Shown here: one piece after another, positions 19,824-28,481 of the stretch | How the letters are laid out: every line of letters begins with the position of its first letter | How positions within the stretch are numbered: the stretch's first letter is position 1 | NCBI GenBank assembly: GCA_036265815.1 | Contig: DATAOI010000113.1 | Location: 16,300-80,299 of the forward strand | Length of the DNA stretch: 64,000 bases | Origin: Gemmatimonadales bacterium | GTDB lineage: Bacteria > Gemmatimonadota > Gemmatimonadetes > Gemmatimonadales > GWC2-71-9 | Direction of reading: 5' to 3' | Translations under genes and position numbers: made by a program | Notes under the pieces: model-generated | Told to the model about the DNA's origin: nothing | Databases searched by the model: none | The model's input: the letters and a program-made list of their open reading frames with translations, nothing else

Positions 19824-20516
19824 TCAGACCAGGCTCGACGGGCAGACATCGGCCAGCACGCACTCCCCACACCGGGGGCGCCGCGCGATGCAGACCTGCC
19901 GGCCATGGAAGATGAGCAGGTGGGAGATCTGGGCCCACATCTCCCGGGGGAAGAGCCCCATCAGATCCTGCTCGATCTTGACGGGGTCGTCGTGCTGGGT
20001 GAGTCCGAGCAGCTGACTCAAGCGCGCGACGTGGGTATCGACCGTGATCCCCTCGTTGACCCCAAAGGCGTTTCCCAGGATGACATTCGCGGTCTTGCGG
20101 CCCACGCCCGGCAGGGTTCGCAACTGCTCCATGGTGCGGGGCACCTGCCCGCCGTGATCGGCCACGATCGCCTGCGCCATGCCGATGAGGCTCTTCGCCT
20201 TGTTCCGGAAGAAGCCGGTGGACTTGATGATCTCCTCCAGCTCGGGACGTGAGGCGCGCGCCAGTGCCTCCGGCGTCGGATACCGCGCGAACAGCAGCGG
20301 TGAGACCAGATTCACGCGTACGTCGGTGCACTGGGCGGAAAGGATGGTGGCGCAGAGGAGCTCGAACGCATTGCGGTGGTGGAGCGCGCAGGCCGCGTCC
20401 GGATAGATGCGCTGAAGGCGCTGCATGATTTCCGCGGCACGGCCCGGAGCGCCGCGGAGCCGCCGCGCAGACTTCCGCTGAGGCCCCGGCCCGGGTCGGG
20501 CGGGGACCCGCTTCAC
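19824..20516 (-). CDS. nth: Endonuclease III
   Basis: HhH motif [13 protein letters not shown] and the Fe-S loop C-x6-C-x2-C-x5-C ([17 protein letters not shown]). Confidence 0.9.
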   Translation of the reverse strand: MKRVPARPGPGPQRKSARRLRGAPGRAAEIMQRLQRIYPDAACALHHRNAFELLCATILSAQCTDVRVNLVSPLLFARYPTPEALARASRPELEEIIKSTGFFRNKAKSLIGMAQAIVADHGGQVPRTMEQLRTLPGVGRKTANVILGNAFGVNEGITVDTHVARLSQLLGLTQHDDPVKIEQDLMGLFPREMWAQISHLLIFHGRQVCIARRPRCGECVLADVCPSSLV

Positions 20517-22258
20517 CGCGCTTTCCTCTTGGCGGCCTGCGCCAGGAACCCCTCGACTGGTCGGGCGTTCAGCAGGTCATCCGGACCCAACCAGCCCTTC
20601 CGCGCCACCGCCACGCCGAACTCCACGTTCTTGATGCCGGCGAGACTATGGGCATCGGCGCCGATCGAGACCGGCACCCCGTGGTCGCGGGTCCTGCGCA
20701 GGACCCGCCAATCCAGATCGAGCCGGTGGGGGTCGGCGTTGATCTCGAGCGCGACCCCGGTGGCGGCCGCCTTCTCGATCACCGCATCGAGGTCCAGGCC
20801 GTACGGGTCCCGGGAGAGCAGCAGCCGGCCCGTGGGATGTCCGATGATGGTCAGGTGGGGGTTGTCCATCGCAGCCAGCATGCGGGCCGTCATCTCCGGC
20901 TCGCCCATGTTGAAGCGGCTGTGGACCGAGGCGATCACGAAGTCCAGTCGTGCAAGGACGCTCTCGTCGAAGTCGATCCGCCCGTCCTGCAGGATGTCGG
21001 CTTCCACGCCCTTCAGCACCCGGATCCCCTCGAGCCTGCCGTTCACCTCGTCGATCTCGTCCGATTGCCGCGCCAGATCGTCCGGCCTGAGCCCGCCCGC
21101 GTAGGCGGCCGCCTGGCTGTGATCGGTGATGCCGACCCAGCGGTATCCCGCCGCCCGGCAGGCGAGCGCCACCTGCTCCACCGAGTTGGACCCGTCCGAA
21201 TAGGTGGTGTGGCAGTGCAGGAAGCCCTGCATGTCTGCCAGCTCGAGCAAACGGGGGAGACGCCCGTGGGCAGCCGCTTCGATCTCGCCCTGACCCTCGC
21301 GCAGCTCGGGCGGGATGAGGCTCAGTCCCAGCGCCTGGTAGAAATGCAGCTCATCCGGCGTCGGAACGAACTCGCTGCCCCTCCAGAGAGCGGCGCCCGT
21401 CAGGGCGAACCCGCGGCCGACCGCGTAGTCCGCCAGCTGCTGCAGGTGGGCCTCGCTGCCAGTGGCCTGGACCAGCACGGCCCCCGCGTTCACCGGCGTG
21501 GTCACCACGATCTGTGCGCTCGCCCCGCCGGCGAATCGCAGGGTCAGCCGGCGGTCATCCTGCCCCGCGAACTCGTGGATCCCGGGCAGCTGGCTCAGCC
21601 GCTTGAACAGCTCGCCCGGGGCCACCGCGGCCACCAGCACCACGACTAGGTCCTTGACCACCTCGGCGCGGCGCCGAACGTCACCGGCGACAATCGCGAA
21701 GAGCACACCCGGAAGCCGCTCCAGCGCCGCCCGCAGCCCCTCGGCCTCCTCCGCGGCGTGGTGCGACAGCCGGAAGGCACTCGCCTGACGCAGGTAGGCG
21801 ATTCCCTTAAGGATGTTCTCCGAAGTCTTGGGCCCGAAGCGAGGCAGTCTGGCCAACCGGCCATCGAGCGCGGCGGCCTCCAGCTCGGGCAGGGAATCCA
21901 CGTCGAGCACCTCGTGGATCTGACGGATTTTGGCGACGCCCAACCCCGAGATGGCCAGCATTTCGACCAGGCCCGGCGGGATCTGCTCCCGTAGATCCTC
22001 CAGCATGCCGGCTCGGCCGGTGTTGAGCAGCTCGGCCACGATCTGAAGGGTGGCGGGTCCCACGCTCTTGGCGGCGGCGAGCGACCCGTCCTCCAGCGCC
22101 TCGCGCAGGTCGCCAGGGAAGCTGCCGACCGCCCGGGCGGCGGTTCGGAAGGCGCGGATCCGGAAGGGGTTCTCGCCCTTGAGCTCGAGAAAGGCGGCGA
22201 TCTGCTCCAGGACCTGGGCCACCGCCTTCTTGTCCATGAAGCTCTTGACGCTCTCCAT
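20513..22258 (-). CDS. polX: DNA polymerase X family protein with C-terminal PHP domain
   Basis: N-terminal HhH/PolX-like region ([24 protein letters not shown]) and a PHP region (HCHTTYSDG...ITDHS...ASVHS...GADAHS). 4-nt overlap with nth. Confidence 0.85.
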   Translation of the reverse strand: MESVKSFMDKKAVAQVLEQIAAFLELKGENPFRIRAFRTAARAVGSFPGDLREALEDGSLAAAKSVGPATLQIVAELLNTGRAGMLEDLREQIPPGLVEMLAISGLGVAKIRQIHEVLDVDSLPELEAAALDGRLARLPRFGPKTSENILKGIAYLRQASAFRLSHHAAEEAEGLRAALERLPGVLFAIVAGDVRRRAEVVKDLVVVLVAAVAPGELFKRLSQLPGIHEFAGQDDRRLTLRFAGGASAQIVVTTPVNAGAVLVQATGSEAHLQQLADYAVGRGFALTGAALWRGSEFVPTPDELHFYQALGLSLIPPELREGQGEIEAAAHGRLPRLLELADMQGFLHCHTTYSDGSNSVEQVALACRAAGYRWVGITDHSQAAAYAGGLRPDDLARQSDEIDEVNGRLEGIRVLKGVEADILQDGRIDFDESVLARLDFVIASVHSRFNMGEPEMTARMLAAMDNPHLTIIGHPTGRLLLSRDPYGLDLDAVIEKAAATGVALEINADPHRLDLDWRVLRRTRDHGVPVSIGADAHSLAGIKNVEFGVAVARKGWLGPDDLLNARPVEGFLAQAAKRKAR

Positions 22259-22261
22259 CGA

Positions 22262-22963
22262 TCAGCGCGCCGGGGCGATCAGTTCGCTGGCCATGCTGCG
22301 AGTACGCCAGCCGAGCTCGAGCAGCTCCTCACCGCCGGCAATGGAATGGAGATGGGCCGCGGCGCCGCCAGGCAACGCTGGCGAGAAGAGCGGGGCCCCG
22401 TCGGAACGGCGAAGGTCCCTGGCCCGAGCTCCCTCCGCTTCGACGACACTGAAGCCCAGCCGCTCCGGACGCATACCGAACACGCCCAGCACCCGGAGAC
22501 TGCCGCCGCCCGTCGCGTGGACGAAGCATCCGTCGAGCGGCTCGTGCGACTCGCCCTCCAACACCTCGGCCCAGACCCGGTGCTGGGGAAGCTGGGCATA
22601 GTATGCCTTCGGCGACTCGCCGGGATCGGTCTCGGGGGAGATGGGGGAGCTCAGCAGCTCCTCCAGGCGGTCCTCCGGGATCGGCAGCAGCAATCCACCG
22701 GCCTCCCACTGCAGGTAGGCGTGGTGCACCAGGGCCACCAGCTGATCCATGCCCTCGCCGACCCCCTCCTCGGGCCGAAGCTGGTGCAGCAGGGTGACCA
22801 TCTCGGGGACCATGAGAACGGCGTCGCGATCGGTGGGATCGTATCCGGCCCGCTCGATCGACGCCTTGATCTCCGGAAGGACACGCTCGGCGATCTGACT
22901 GAAGACGAGGTCGAAGGGAGTGAGGCGCGCCATGCTCGAAAGGTAACCCCCCGGCGCGGGCAC
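22262..22963 (-). CDS. Hypothetical protein (no family recognised)
   Basis: 233-aa ORF with normal composition, 3 nt upstream of polX. An alternative ATG lies at 22933. Confidence 0.5.
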   Translation of the reverse strand: MPAPGGYLSSMARLTPFDLVFSQIAERVLPEIKASIERAGYDPTDRDAVLMVPEMVTLLHQLRPEEGVGEGMDQLVALVHHAYLQWEAGGLLLPIPEDRLEELLSSPISPETDPGESPKAYYAQLPQHRVWAEVLEGESHEPLDGCFVHATGGGSLRVLGVFGMRPERLGFSVVEAEGARARDLRRSDGAPLFSPALPGGAAAHLHSIAGGEELLELGWRTRSMASELIAPAR

Positions 22964-22975
22964 TCCCCCGGAAGA

Positions 22976-23785
22976 TCAGGGAAGAAAGCCGTCGAGCGCC
23001 TCGACAAAGCTATCGAATGCCTCCACATACGGCACATGACCGCAACGCGGCAGGGGCCGAAATTCCGCCCCGATCAGGCCGGCCGTGACCCGTGCCGCGG
23101 CGATCGGGATGGGGTCGTTTTCGCCGTGGATTACCAGGGATGGAATGCCCCGCAAGCTCCCCAGGCGGGGCCGGAGGTCGTAGTCACCCAGACTGGCCCA
23201 GACCTCCTGCTGGGTGCGTCCGGTAACTCGAAAGGGCGTGAGCTCGCGCGCCCGCGCGGGATCGAAGAAGTACGGCGCCACTGAGAGCTCGAAGATGCGC
23301 TGCTGGTACAGGGCGGGGTCCTGCTCTCGAAGGCCGCTCTCGCGAAGTCGCCGGCGCGCCTCCTGGAATTGGGGATCGAGACTGCGCTGAGTAAAGCTCT
23401 GCTCGAACTGCTCCCTGGCGGCGCGCCAGGTCGGGGCCGGAGAGACCAGTGCCAGGCGGGCCACGCGATCGGTATGCTCGAGCGCGTACAGGAGCGCCAG
23501 CAACCCGCCCCAGGAGTAGCCCGCGATGGTAAGCCGAGGCAGGCCCCAGCGCTCCCGCAGCATTTCAAGGTCGGCAACGTGCTCGGTCCACCCTACCGGC
23601 ACGTCACGCGGCACCGGCGAGCGTCCGCCGCCGCGCTGGTCGTAGTAGATGAGCTCCCGCCCACGGGCCAGGGCGTCGAAGCCTGGAAGGAGATAATCGT
23701 GGTGGGCGCCGGGTCCGCCGTGAAGCACGACCGTGGGTGGGCCGGTCCCGATCCGGCGGACGAACAGCTCGACCGGTGGGGACAA
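22976..23785 (-). CDS. Alpha/beta hydrolase (proline iminopeptidase-like)
   Basis: HGGPGAHHDY and the nucleophile elbow GYSWGG. The C-terminal part reads PRCGHVPYVE (His of the triad). Confidence 0.8.
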   Translation of the reverse strand: MSPPVELFVRRIGTGPPTVVLHGGPGAHHDYLLPGFDALARGRELIYYDQRGGGRSPVPRDVPVGWTEHVADLEMLRERWGLPRLTIAGYSWGGLLALLYALEHTDRVARLALVSPAPTWRAAREQFEQSFTQRSLDPQFQEARRRLRESGLREQDPALYQQRIFELSVAPYFFDPARARELTPFRVTGRTQQEVWASLGDYDLRPRLGSLRGIPSLVIHGENDPIPIAAARVTAGLIGAEFRPLPRCGHVPYVEAFDSFVEALDGFLP

Positions 23786-24241
23786 TTACAGCAGGACCGC
23801 CAGCGCGTCGGCCACCCGGCGGACGGACGCTTCCTCCTCGGGCGTGAACGGGTCGGGCACGTCGCTGTCGATGTCGATCTGCCCCAGGATGGTGCTGCCG
23901 CGGCGGATCAGGACGACCAGCTCCGACCGAGTCCAGGTGTTGCAGGCGATGTAGTTGGAGACAGCCCGCACGTCGGCCACGTTCTGATCCCGTCCGGTGG
24001 CCACCGCCGTGCCGCAGACACCCTGGCCGACCGCGATCCGGGTGTGCTCGGTCTCGCGCCCCGCATGGGCCTCGAGCACCAGCTCCTCCCCGTGCAGCAT
24101 GTAGAGATACACCGACGTATAGGGCGGCCCGGCCGCCCTGATCCGCTCGGCGGCTATCCCCAGCAGCTCGGCGCGCCCGACTTCCCGGGCGAACCCGCCG
24201 CGCAACGACGCGATGACCTTGTCTGCGTCCAATGCGGCCAT
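23786..24241 (-). CDS. GAF domain protein (free methionine-R-sulfoxide reductase-like)
   Basis: VYLYMLHGEELVLEAHAG...GQGVCGTAVATGRDQNVADV...IACNTWTRSELVV...GQIDIDS matches the YebR/fRMsr-type GAF pattern. Confidence 0.75.
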   Translation of the reverse strand: MAALDADKVIASLRGGFAREVGRAELLGIAAERIRAAGPPYTSVYLYMLHGEELVLEAHAGRETEHTRIAVGQGVCGTAVATGRDQNVADVRAVSNYIACNTWTRSELVVLIRRGSTILGQIDIDSDVPDPFTPEEEASVRRVADALAVLL

Positions 24242-24244
24242 CCT

Positions 24245-25570
24245 TCAACCTCCCCGAATCCCGAGCGTGGCTCTGAGGGTCGTGATCTGGCCCCCGCGGC
24301 GGACGACGATCTCGACCACATCGCCCGGCTGATGACTGCGGAGCGCCGCGGCCATGGCGCTGAGATCGGGCACGTCCATGGTGCCGATCCGGGTGATCAC
24401 GTCGTCACCGCGGAGCCCGGCACGCTCCGCTGGACTCCCGGCCCGCACCCCAACCAGCCGAACGCCTCCCGGGCTGGCCATCATGTCGGGGACGGTGCCG
24501 AGGTAGGCTCCCTGACCCGATCCAGACATTCTGGCGGTGTCCGACTCTTCCGGCGGCGCGGAGGTCACCACGGTGAGCGGGTGCGTGCGGTTGGCCAGCG
24601 CGGTCACCAGCCCGGCGGCGAAATCGCTCACCCGCTTGAAGCCGTCCAGGTTGATCTTCTCCCAGTCGTCGGTCGAGCGGTGATAGTCCTCGTGCAGGTC
24701 GGTGAACAGGTGCAGCACCGGCAGACCGGCGGCGTAGAACGATGACTGGTCGCTCGGACCGTAGCCATCGCCCTGGGCCTTGAGCTCGAAGCCCGCGTAC
24801 CAGTTGAGCGAGTCGAGCAGGGCAGGAAACTCCTTTGCAGTCCGGCTGCCATACACGATGAGCCGGCTCTGCCGCAGCCGTCCCACCATGTCGAGATTGA
24901 TCATCGCCCGAGTGGTGGCGAGGGGATAGACCGGCTGCTTCACGTAGTAGGAGGACCCCAGGAGGCCGAGCTCCTCGCCGCTGAACCCGATGAAGACCAC
25001 CGTCCGGGCCGGCGGCGCCACGGCCAGCCGGGCCGCGATCTGGATCAGCATTGCCGCACCCGAGGCGTTGTCGTCCGCCCCGTTGTGCACCCGCCCGGTG
25101 CTGTCCGGGTCGAGGCTGCCGAACCCGCCGAGCCCGAGATGATCGTAGTGGGCACCCACGATGATCGCCTCGTTCCGGAGCACTGGATCGCGGCCGGGTA
25201 AGACACCGATCACGTTGTTTCCCCGGAGCCCCCCGACGTGGGCCTGCTGCGCCACCGGGGCGGTCTTGGCCACCGTGAAGGCCTGAAACCAGCCCCCGGC
25301 CGCCGGCTGCAACCCCACCTGGGCGAACCGGCGCGCCAGGTAGGCCGCGGCCGAATCGGCGCCCGGCGTCCCCGTCATCCGCCCCTCCAGACGGTCATCG
25401 CTCAGGTAGCGGATGTCGTCGATCGCCTGGAGCGGGGGGGGAGTGACTCGCGGCGCCGGCTGGGCCGGCACGCCGAACTGAGCCTCGAGCCGGACAGCAG
25501 GAAGAGCGAGCAGCAGCAGGACGCGCGGAATCTGGGGCGGAAGTCTCAGCATACGCTCGAAGAATATCAC
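24245..25570 (-). CDS. M28 family aminopeptidase with C-terminal PDZ domain, secreted
   Basis: Signal-like N-terminus, then HNGADDNASG and FSGEELGLLGS (M28 metal ligands). The C-terminal part reads GVRAGSPAERAGLRGDDVITRIG (PDZ). Confidence 0.8.
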   Translation of the reverse strand: MIFFERMLRLPPQIPRVLLLLALPAVRLEAQFGVPAQPAPRVTPPPLQAIDDIRYLSDDRLEGRMTGTPGADSAAAYLARRFAQVGLQPAAGGWFQAFTVAKTAPVAQQAHVGGLRGNNVIGVLPGRDPVLRNEAIIVGAHYDHLGLGGFGSLDPDSTGRVHNGADDNASGAAMLIQIAARLAVAPPARTVVFIGFSGEELGLLGSSYYVKQPVYPLATTRAMINLDMVGRLRQSRLIVYGSRTAKEFPALLDSLNWYAGFELKAQGDGYGPSDQSSFYAAGLPVLHLFTDLHEDYHRSTDDWEKINLDGFKRVSDFAAGLVTALANRTHPLTVVTSAPPEESDTARMSGSGQGAYLGTVPDMMASPGGVRLVGVRAGSPAERAGLRGDDVITRIGTMDVPDLSAMAAALRSHQPGDVVEIVVRRGGQITTLRATLGIRGG

Positions 25571-25573
25571 CCT

Positions 25574-26647
25574 CTACCGCGGTACGAAGTCGGTGTCGGG
25601 CCGGAGCCGCCGGGCGAAGGCCGCGAGAAGGCGGGCGGTCCGGTCGAGGTCCTCCAGGGCGATCATCTCGTTGGGACTGTGCATGTACCGATTGGGCACC
25701 GAGACCAGCGCCGTGGCCACGCCCCGATGCGCGTTGAAGATCGCTTCCGCGTCGGTGTGTGTGTCTCGTGAGGCAGCTTCGATGCTGTAGGGGATCTTCT
25801 CCGCGTCCGCGGCGGCCGCCAGCAGCTCGAACACCGGCTCGCTCACCGATGCCCCGCGCGACAGCACCGGACCACCGCCCAGCCGGTAGTCGCCGTGGCG
25901 CCGCTTTTCGATGCCCGGATAGTCGGTGGCATGGGTGACGTCGATGACGATCGCGACGTCGGGCTCCAGCGCGACCGCCGAGGAGCGGGCGCCCCCACCG
26001 TGTGCCGCGATCTCCTCCCGGGAGGTGGCGACGGCGGTCACCGACGCCGCCAGTCCGGCAGCGTCCCCCGCGAGCAGCCGGAGCGCCTCCAGCACCACGA
26101 ACGCGCCGATGCGATTGTCGATCGACCGGCTCACCAGACGGTCGTTGGGGAACTCCACCACTCCCGCGGCCAGCACGCCGGGGTCGCCGATGCGCAGGTG
26201 ACGCTCGGCCTCCGCCCGGCTGGCGGCGCCGATGTCGATCCAGAGATCCTCCACCTTGGAGACCTTCTCCCGATCCTCCTTGTCCATGATGTGGATCGCC
26301 TTCTTCCCGACCACCCCGGTCACTGCCCCGCCGCGGCCGAGCAGCCGCACCCGCTGCCCCACGAAGACCTGCGTGTCCCACCCGCCGATCGGGTCGAAGC
26401 TGACGAACCCATCGTCGTCGATGTGGGTGACCATGACGCCGATCTCGTCGATATGTCCCGCGAGCATCACCCGGGGACGGCCCGACGGATTGACCGTGGC
26501 CAGAGAGTTGCCGCTCACGTCCGCCCGCACGTCCCCGGCGAATCCCCCCGCTTCAGTGCGCCAGAGCCTGGCGGGAGCCGTCTCGAACGCCGAGGGGCCT
26601 GGGGTATCCAGGAGGGTCTTGAGAAACGAAAGCGATTGGGGTCTCAT
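25574..26647 (-). CDS. M42 family glutamyl aminopeptidase (FrvX-like)
   Basis: LLDTPGPSAFE...MLAGHIDEIG...DNRIGAFVVLEA...ATSREEI... matches the M42 pattern. Confidence 0.85.
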   Translation of the reverse strand: MRPQSLSFLKTLLDTPGPSAFETAPARLWRTEAGGFAGDVRADVSGNSLATVNPSGRPRVMLAGHIDEIGVMVTHIDDDGFVSFDPIGGWDTQVFVGQRVRLLGRGGAVTGVVGKKAIHIMDKEDREKVSKVEDLWIDIGAASRAEAERHLRIGDPGVLAAGVVEFPNDRLVSRSIDNRIGAFVVLEALRLLAGDAAGLAASVTAVATSREEIAAHGGGARSSAVALEPDVAIVIDVTHATDYPGIEKRRHGDYRLGGGPVLSRGASVSEPVFELLAAAADAEKIPYSIEAASRDTHTDAEAIFNAHRGVATALVSVPNRYMHSPNEMIALEDLDRTARLLAAFARRLRPDTDFVPR

Positions 26648-26698
26648 CGGGCGTCGGGGATGGGGACCGCCAAAGGTCGCGGCGGTGCCTCGCGATGT

Positions 26699-27190
26699 CT
26701 AGCCCTGATCGGCGCGCAGCGTCAGCTCGAGAAAGGCCGTACCGTCGATCGGATTGGGTCGATAGGCCGGAATGGGCCGGAATCCCATCGCCTGGTAGAG
26801 CGCCCTGGCGCCGACCATGGCAGGGAGCGTGTCCAAACGCATCCGGCTGTAGCCCGCGTCCCTCGCCTCCCGAACGATCCGCTCGACCAGCCGGCGCCCG
26901 AGTCCGGCCTGGCGGTACGCCGGCCTCACGTAGAGTCGTTTCATCTCGCAGATCCCCGGCTCCAGTGGACGCAGCGCCACGCAGCCCGCCGCCTCTTCGC
27001 CTTCCCATCCCAGGAGCAGCCGCCCCAGAGGCGGGGCATAGCTGCCAGGCAAGGTGGCGAGCTCCTCCGAGAAGCCCTGGAATTCCAGATCGACGCCAAG
27101 CGACGCCGCGTACTCCCGGAAGAGCTCGCGAGCGATGTCGGTGCTCTGGTCAGAGGCCTGGACGATCCGCGTCACCCGTGCGGACACCAT
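26699..27190 (-). CDS. GNAT family N-acetyltransferase
   Basis: CEMKRLYVRPAYRQAGLGRRLVERIVREAR (acetyl-CoA binding motif A). The track ORF (to 27778) was trimmed to ATG 27190 because the upstream part is a shadow frame over the neighbouring gene. Confidence 0.8.
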   Translation of the reverse strand: MVSARVTRIVQASDQSTDIARELFREYAASLGVDLEFQGFSEELATLPGSYAPPLGRLLLGWEGEEAAGCVALRPLEPGICEMKRLYVRPAYRQAGLGRRLVERIVREARDAGYSRMRLDTLPAMVGARALYQAMGFRPIPAYRPNPIDGTAFLELTLRADQG

Positions 27191-28059
27191 CTCACCAGGC
27201 CCTCCATCTCCCGTCCCAGCATGGCCGATTGCAGCCGCTCCGCCCCGTCCACCAGCCGGGGTCCCGGCCGCGAGGTGTAGGCGTTGCCGTCCAGCACCCA
27301 TACCGGCGCTCCATCGAGAAACCGCCGGCTCCCGGGATCCTGCAATCGCGCCAGCTCGACGCGCGATCGCTCGACCCCGAAGCCGCACAGCATGACGATC
27401 ATCAGCTCGGGATCCAGCGCCGCGATCTCGGTCCAGGAGGTGTGTACCGAATGGCTGCCGGACCGCGCGCCCACATCCTCGCCGCCGGCGGCCTCCACCA
27501 GCTCGGGAATCCAATGGCCGGCGAGGTACGGTGGATCGAGCCATTCGACGCAGACGACGCGGGGCCGACGTGCCGGCGCGCTCGCCCCCAGTCGGGCCAG
27601 CCGCGCCTGGAGGTGGTCGACCAGGGCTGTCCCTCGGTCTTCCAGCTCCAGCGCGCGGGCCACCCGTCGGATGTCGTCCCAGACGCCCTCCAGTGTCCTG
27701 CCGGACAGCGACAGCACCGCCGGTGGCGACGGCAGAGCGGAGGCCAGCCGGTGTGCCTCGCCGTCCGCGACGGCGCACACCTCACACAGTTCCTGCGTCA
27801 CGATGATGTCGGGCGCGAGCCGCCGAAGCAGGCTGGCATCGACGCCGATGACCGGGCGGCCGCTCTCGCGAAGAGCGCGGACCTGGGTGTCGATGGCGCC
27901 GCTGGCCGCGGCGGGGTCGATCGGAGTTGTGGTTACGCGGGGGATCGAGCCAAGGCCGGGCGGGAAATCGCACTCGTGGGAGATGCCGACGAGCCGGTCC
28001 GCGCAGCCCAGGGCCGCGACGATCTCGGTCGCGGCGGGCAGCAGAGTCATCACCCTCAT
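27172..28059 (-). CDS. BtuF-like (class III periplasmic-binding-protein fold) cobalamin/siderophore-binding-type protein, apparently leaderless
   Basis: MTLLPAATEIVAALGCADRLVGISHECDFP...IIVTQELCEVC is the conserved first strand/helix of this fold and starts at residue 4, so there is no room for a signal peptide. Confidence 0.65.
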   Translation of the reverse strand: MRVMTLLPAATEIVAALGCADRLVGISHECDFPPGLGSIPRVTTTPIDPAAASGAIDTQVRALRESGRPVIGVDASLLRRLAPDIIVTQELCEVCAVADGEAHRLASALPSPPAVLSLSGRTLEGVWDDIRRVARALELEDRGTALVDHLQARLARLGASAPARRPRVVCVEWLDPPYLAGHWIPELVEAAGGEDVGARSGSHSVHTSWTEIAALDPELMIVMLCGFGVERSRVELARLQDPGSRRFLDGAPVWVLDGNAYTSRPGPRLVDGAERLQSAMLGREMEGLVRWCPHG

Positions 28060-28060
28060 T

Positions 28061-28480
28061 TCAGCTTCCGGTCAATCGGCTCGGTCGGTAGTTGGCGAAC
28101 AGCAGCAGGCCGATGAACGGCGCCAGCAACGCTCGGAAGTCCCGGGTGAGGAGGTAGGCGATGGTGCCGAGCAGCGCCGGCGCCTCCACCAGCGCCCAGA
28201 TGACGACAGCGCGGCCCAGGTTGGCGCGCCACCATTCGTCCGGCGGGCTTCCCGGCCTCGGCGGCACCAGCCGGCTGGCGGTAAAGCCGGCGGCGCCGAA
28301 CAGGGTGGCAGCGACGATGGTCAGCGACACGTACAGCACTCGCCGGTCGGGGAGCTGCACACTGGGCTCGGCATCCTGCGCGTACCAGGCCACCATCCAG
28401 AACAAGACCACCCCGACCACGAGCGCCGCGTGAATCAACCGGGCGCCGATGGTGGGCGAAACCGGCTGCCTCCGCGCCAC
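28061..28480 (-). CDS. Hypothetical 4-TM membrane protein
   Basis: 139 aa with four hydrophobic helices, 1 nt from each flanking gene. Confidence 0.5.
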   Translation of the reverse strand: MARRQPVSPTIGARLIHAALVVGVVLFWMVAWYAQDAEPSVQLPDRRVLYVSLTIVAATLFGAAGFTASRLVPPRPGSPPDEWWRANLGRAVVIWALVEAPALLGTIAYLLTRDFRALLAPFIGLLLFANYRPSRLTGS

Positions 28481-28481
28481 C

